From contig JAANOX010000243.1 of the NCBI GenBank assembly GCA_020184695.1, positions 124,001 through 188,000 of the forward strand: 64,000 nt of DNA, given 5' to 3'. Below are positions 62,300 to 64,000 of this stretch, in pieces (position 1 is the first letter of the stretch; every line of letters starts with the position of its first letter). The notes under the pieces are model-generated. The model did not search any database. It had not been told where the DNA came from and saw only the letters and a list, made by a program, of their open reading frames with translations. Position numbers and translations under genes: made by a program. Source of the stretch: Histomonas meleagridis 2922-C6/04-290x (Eukaryota; Protista; Parabasalia).

Positions 62300-63560
62300 G
62301 AATTTTAATCACTTTTACAGATTGAATTGTTTATATATTTACTTATATAAGTATGAAATTAACATAACCAAAAAATTACTTGTTCAAATTATTTTTAGTT
62401 TAAATGAAAATAATATAGACAAATTTTTAAAGCCTTCCTTTGCTTACTTTTTCAGAGAATTCCCATATTCATTCAATCACATTATTTGTTGGATTGTTTA
62501 TTCGCATTTTGTTTTAAAAGGTTTTGATGAATAATGTTTCTTTAATACACAAGAATTAAATTAACTTCTCAGCAAAATGGTTGAATATAAATTAATTGAT
62601 TCAAAGATATGTAAAAACAAAACAACGCCATTTTTTGGGCATTATAAATCAGAGATATAAAATATTATGAGTAATCCGAATGATCCTTTTTATCCATAAT
62701 TATCAAAAGCTTTCAAAGAATGATTGGGAACTTCATTTGAAATATATTAAAGAAGGAAATAATCCAGATGAAATATCAAAAATAATTCGAAATGATGAAA
62801 TAGAAAAACTTCAAGATATATCAACACATACAAATTTTGATTTTAATCAAGAGATTATCCCATCACTTTATGAAAGATATTTATTTATTAATCAAGAAAA
62901 TGATCCATTTATTGATTATGCAGCATTTTTTGTATCAATAAAATGTTTTAAAAATTTGCTTATGAATGTCTCTAATTTAATATGTGGAAACGAAGAAATT
63001 ATTCATGCTTTTACAAACCATGCGAAACTGCAATTTCATCGAAATAATATCTTTTATTATTTATTTAAAAACAAAATTGAAAAAAATATATCTATAGAGA
63101 ATTAGAAAAGAAATGTATTAAGTATTATAATTATGAAATGTTTTTATTAAAAGAAGGAATGACTGTTAATGAAGATATTATTAATGAAATTGCAAGAAGA
63201 AAATTCAAATTGTTTTGGACACCATTAATGTATGGACATACAGATGCAGCTGAAAGAGGAGAAGTTCTTCTTAAACAAAAAACAATTGATATAAATGCTA
63301 AAAATATATCTTTATTAGTTTTATGATTTAATTTCTAAATTTTAAATATAAAAAAATGTTGAAATTTATATAAAACATTTTAATCAGCGCTTAAAGTGCG
63401 CAATTATAAGGTCGTAATGAAATTGTTAAACATAAAGAATTGATTTAAAGTTAAGTTTATGAAATTATATTAATTTTTATAATTTTCTATTTAACGATAT
63501 TTGTACATATGTAATATATATTAAAGACAGCATTTCTACCTTCTAAACTATAGAAGATTT
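62300..63560 (+). pseudogene. Decayed DUF3447-type ankyrin gene
   Basis: NDWELHLKYIKEGNNPDEISKIIRNDEIEKLQD is a close paralogue of the 52-kb gene; deletions, stops and ankyrin fragments (TPLMYGH...DINAKN, SAL, TAF). Boundaries are approximate. Confidence 0.8.
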
Positions 63561-64000
63561 GGATTTTTTTTTAATTTAATAAAATGAATATTTAGATAAA
63601 ATTATACAATAATAGAAAAGAGAAGTTTGTTTTATTAAAATTGAACTTATATTTTCTTGTATAAAAATGTTGTTAGATATTCTTTGAAAACATAAAAGAA
63701 GATGATTGAAAAATGGCAAAATTGGCAACATTTTGGGTATTTTGTATAATGAATTCAAAAATTGTTTTTTTAACTTTCTTAACATTTTAAAAAAAAATAA
63801 TTTCACAGTTTTCCCGATCGAATGTTAAAAATAATTGTTCATTTTTGAATGAGTGTTTTTTCAACACTCTTATCAAAATTGAACCAATTAAAAGATGTTT
63901 ACGAATAATTGCTTTTGGAATTGAGTTAGATTTACATTCTCAAAAACATGGCAAGAAATCACAAGAAAGAATTAATGATTCTTATTAATAGCTTTACTAA

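Noticed and set aside
63576-64000. 76-aa minus-strand ORF and a possible BspA-like fragment at the window end
   Set aside because: Low-complexity and stop-interrupted, with no convincing LRR consensus, and truncated by the window edge.

Overview
AT-rich, gene-dense eukaryotic DNA from a parabasalid (trichomonad; Tritrichomonas-like is my guess). The assignment rests on two [FeFe]-hydrogenases with hydrogenosomal-type leaders, IBD transcription-factor genes, a Pmp-like adhesin, DUF3447-type ankyrin genes, Inr/M3/M5 core-promoter motifs and a DD34D mariner. About 23 protein genes are supported, including Raptor, SMC4, a BEACH protein, RRP8, FPGS, Vps39-like, an MRH-domain receptor, a class 3 lipase, a longin protein and a SAPS-like protein. 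The window also holds an eL41 gene missed by the ORF track, two identical tRNA-His genes inside a 345-bp inverted duplication, a (TAA)258 tract, a minisatellite and several ankyrin relics. Best leads: (1) ankyrin repeats at three dispersed loci are each cut at the same position by a homologous ~80-nt AT-rich spacer lacking trichomonad splice signals; (2) a long-form hydrogenase keeps all Fe-S ligands but has a rewritten catalytic pocket, while a canonical paralogue lies in the same window; (3) a 23-nt intron restores the SAPS-like gene; (4) an unexplained ~300-nt GC-rich, possibly structured island. All calls come from reading the sequence and recalled family motifs. No searches were run.
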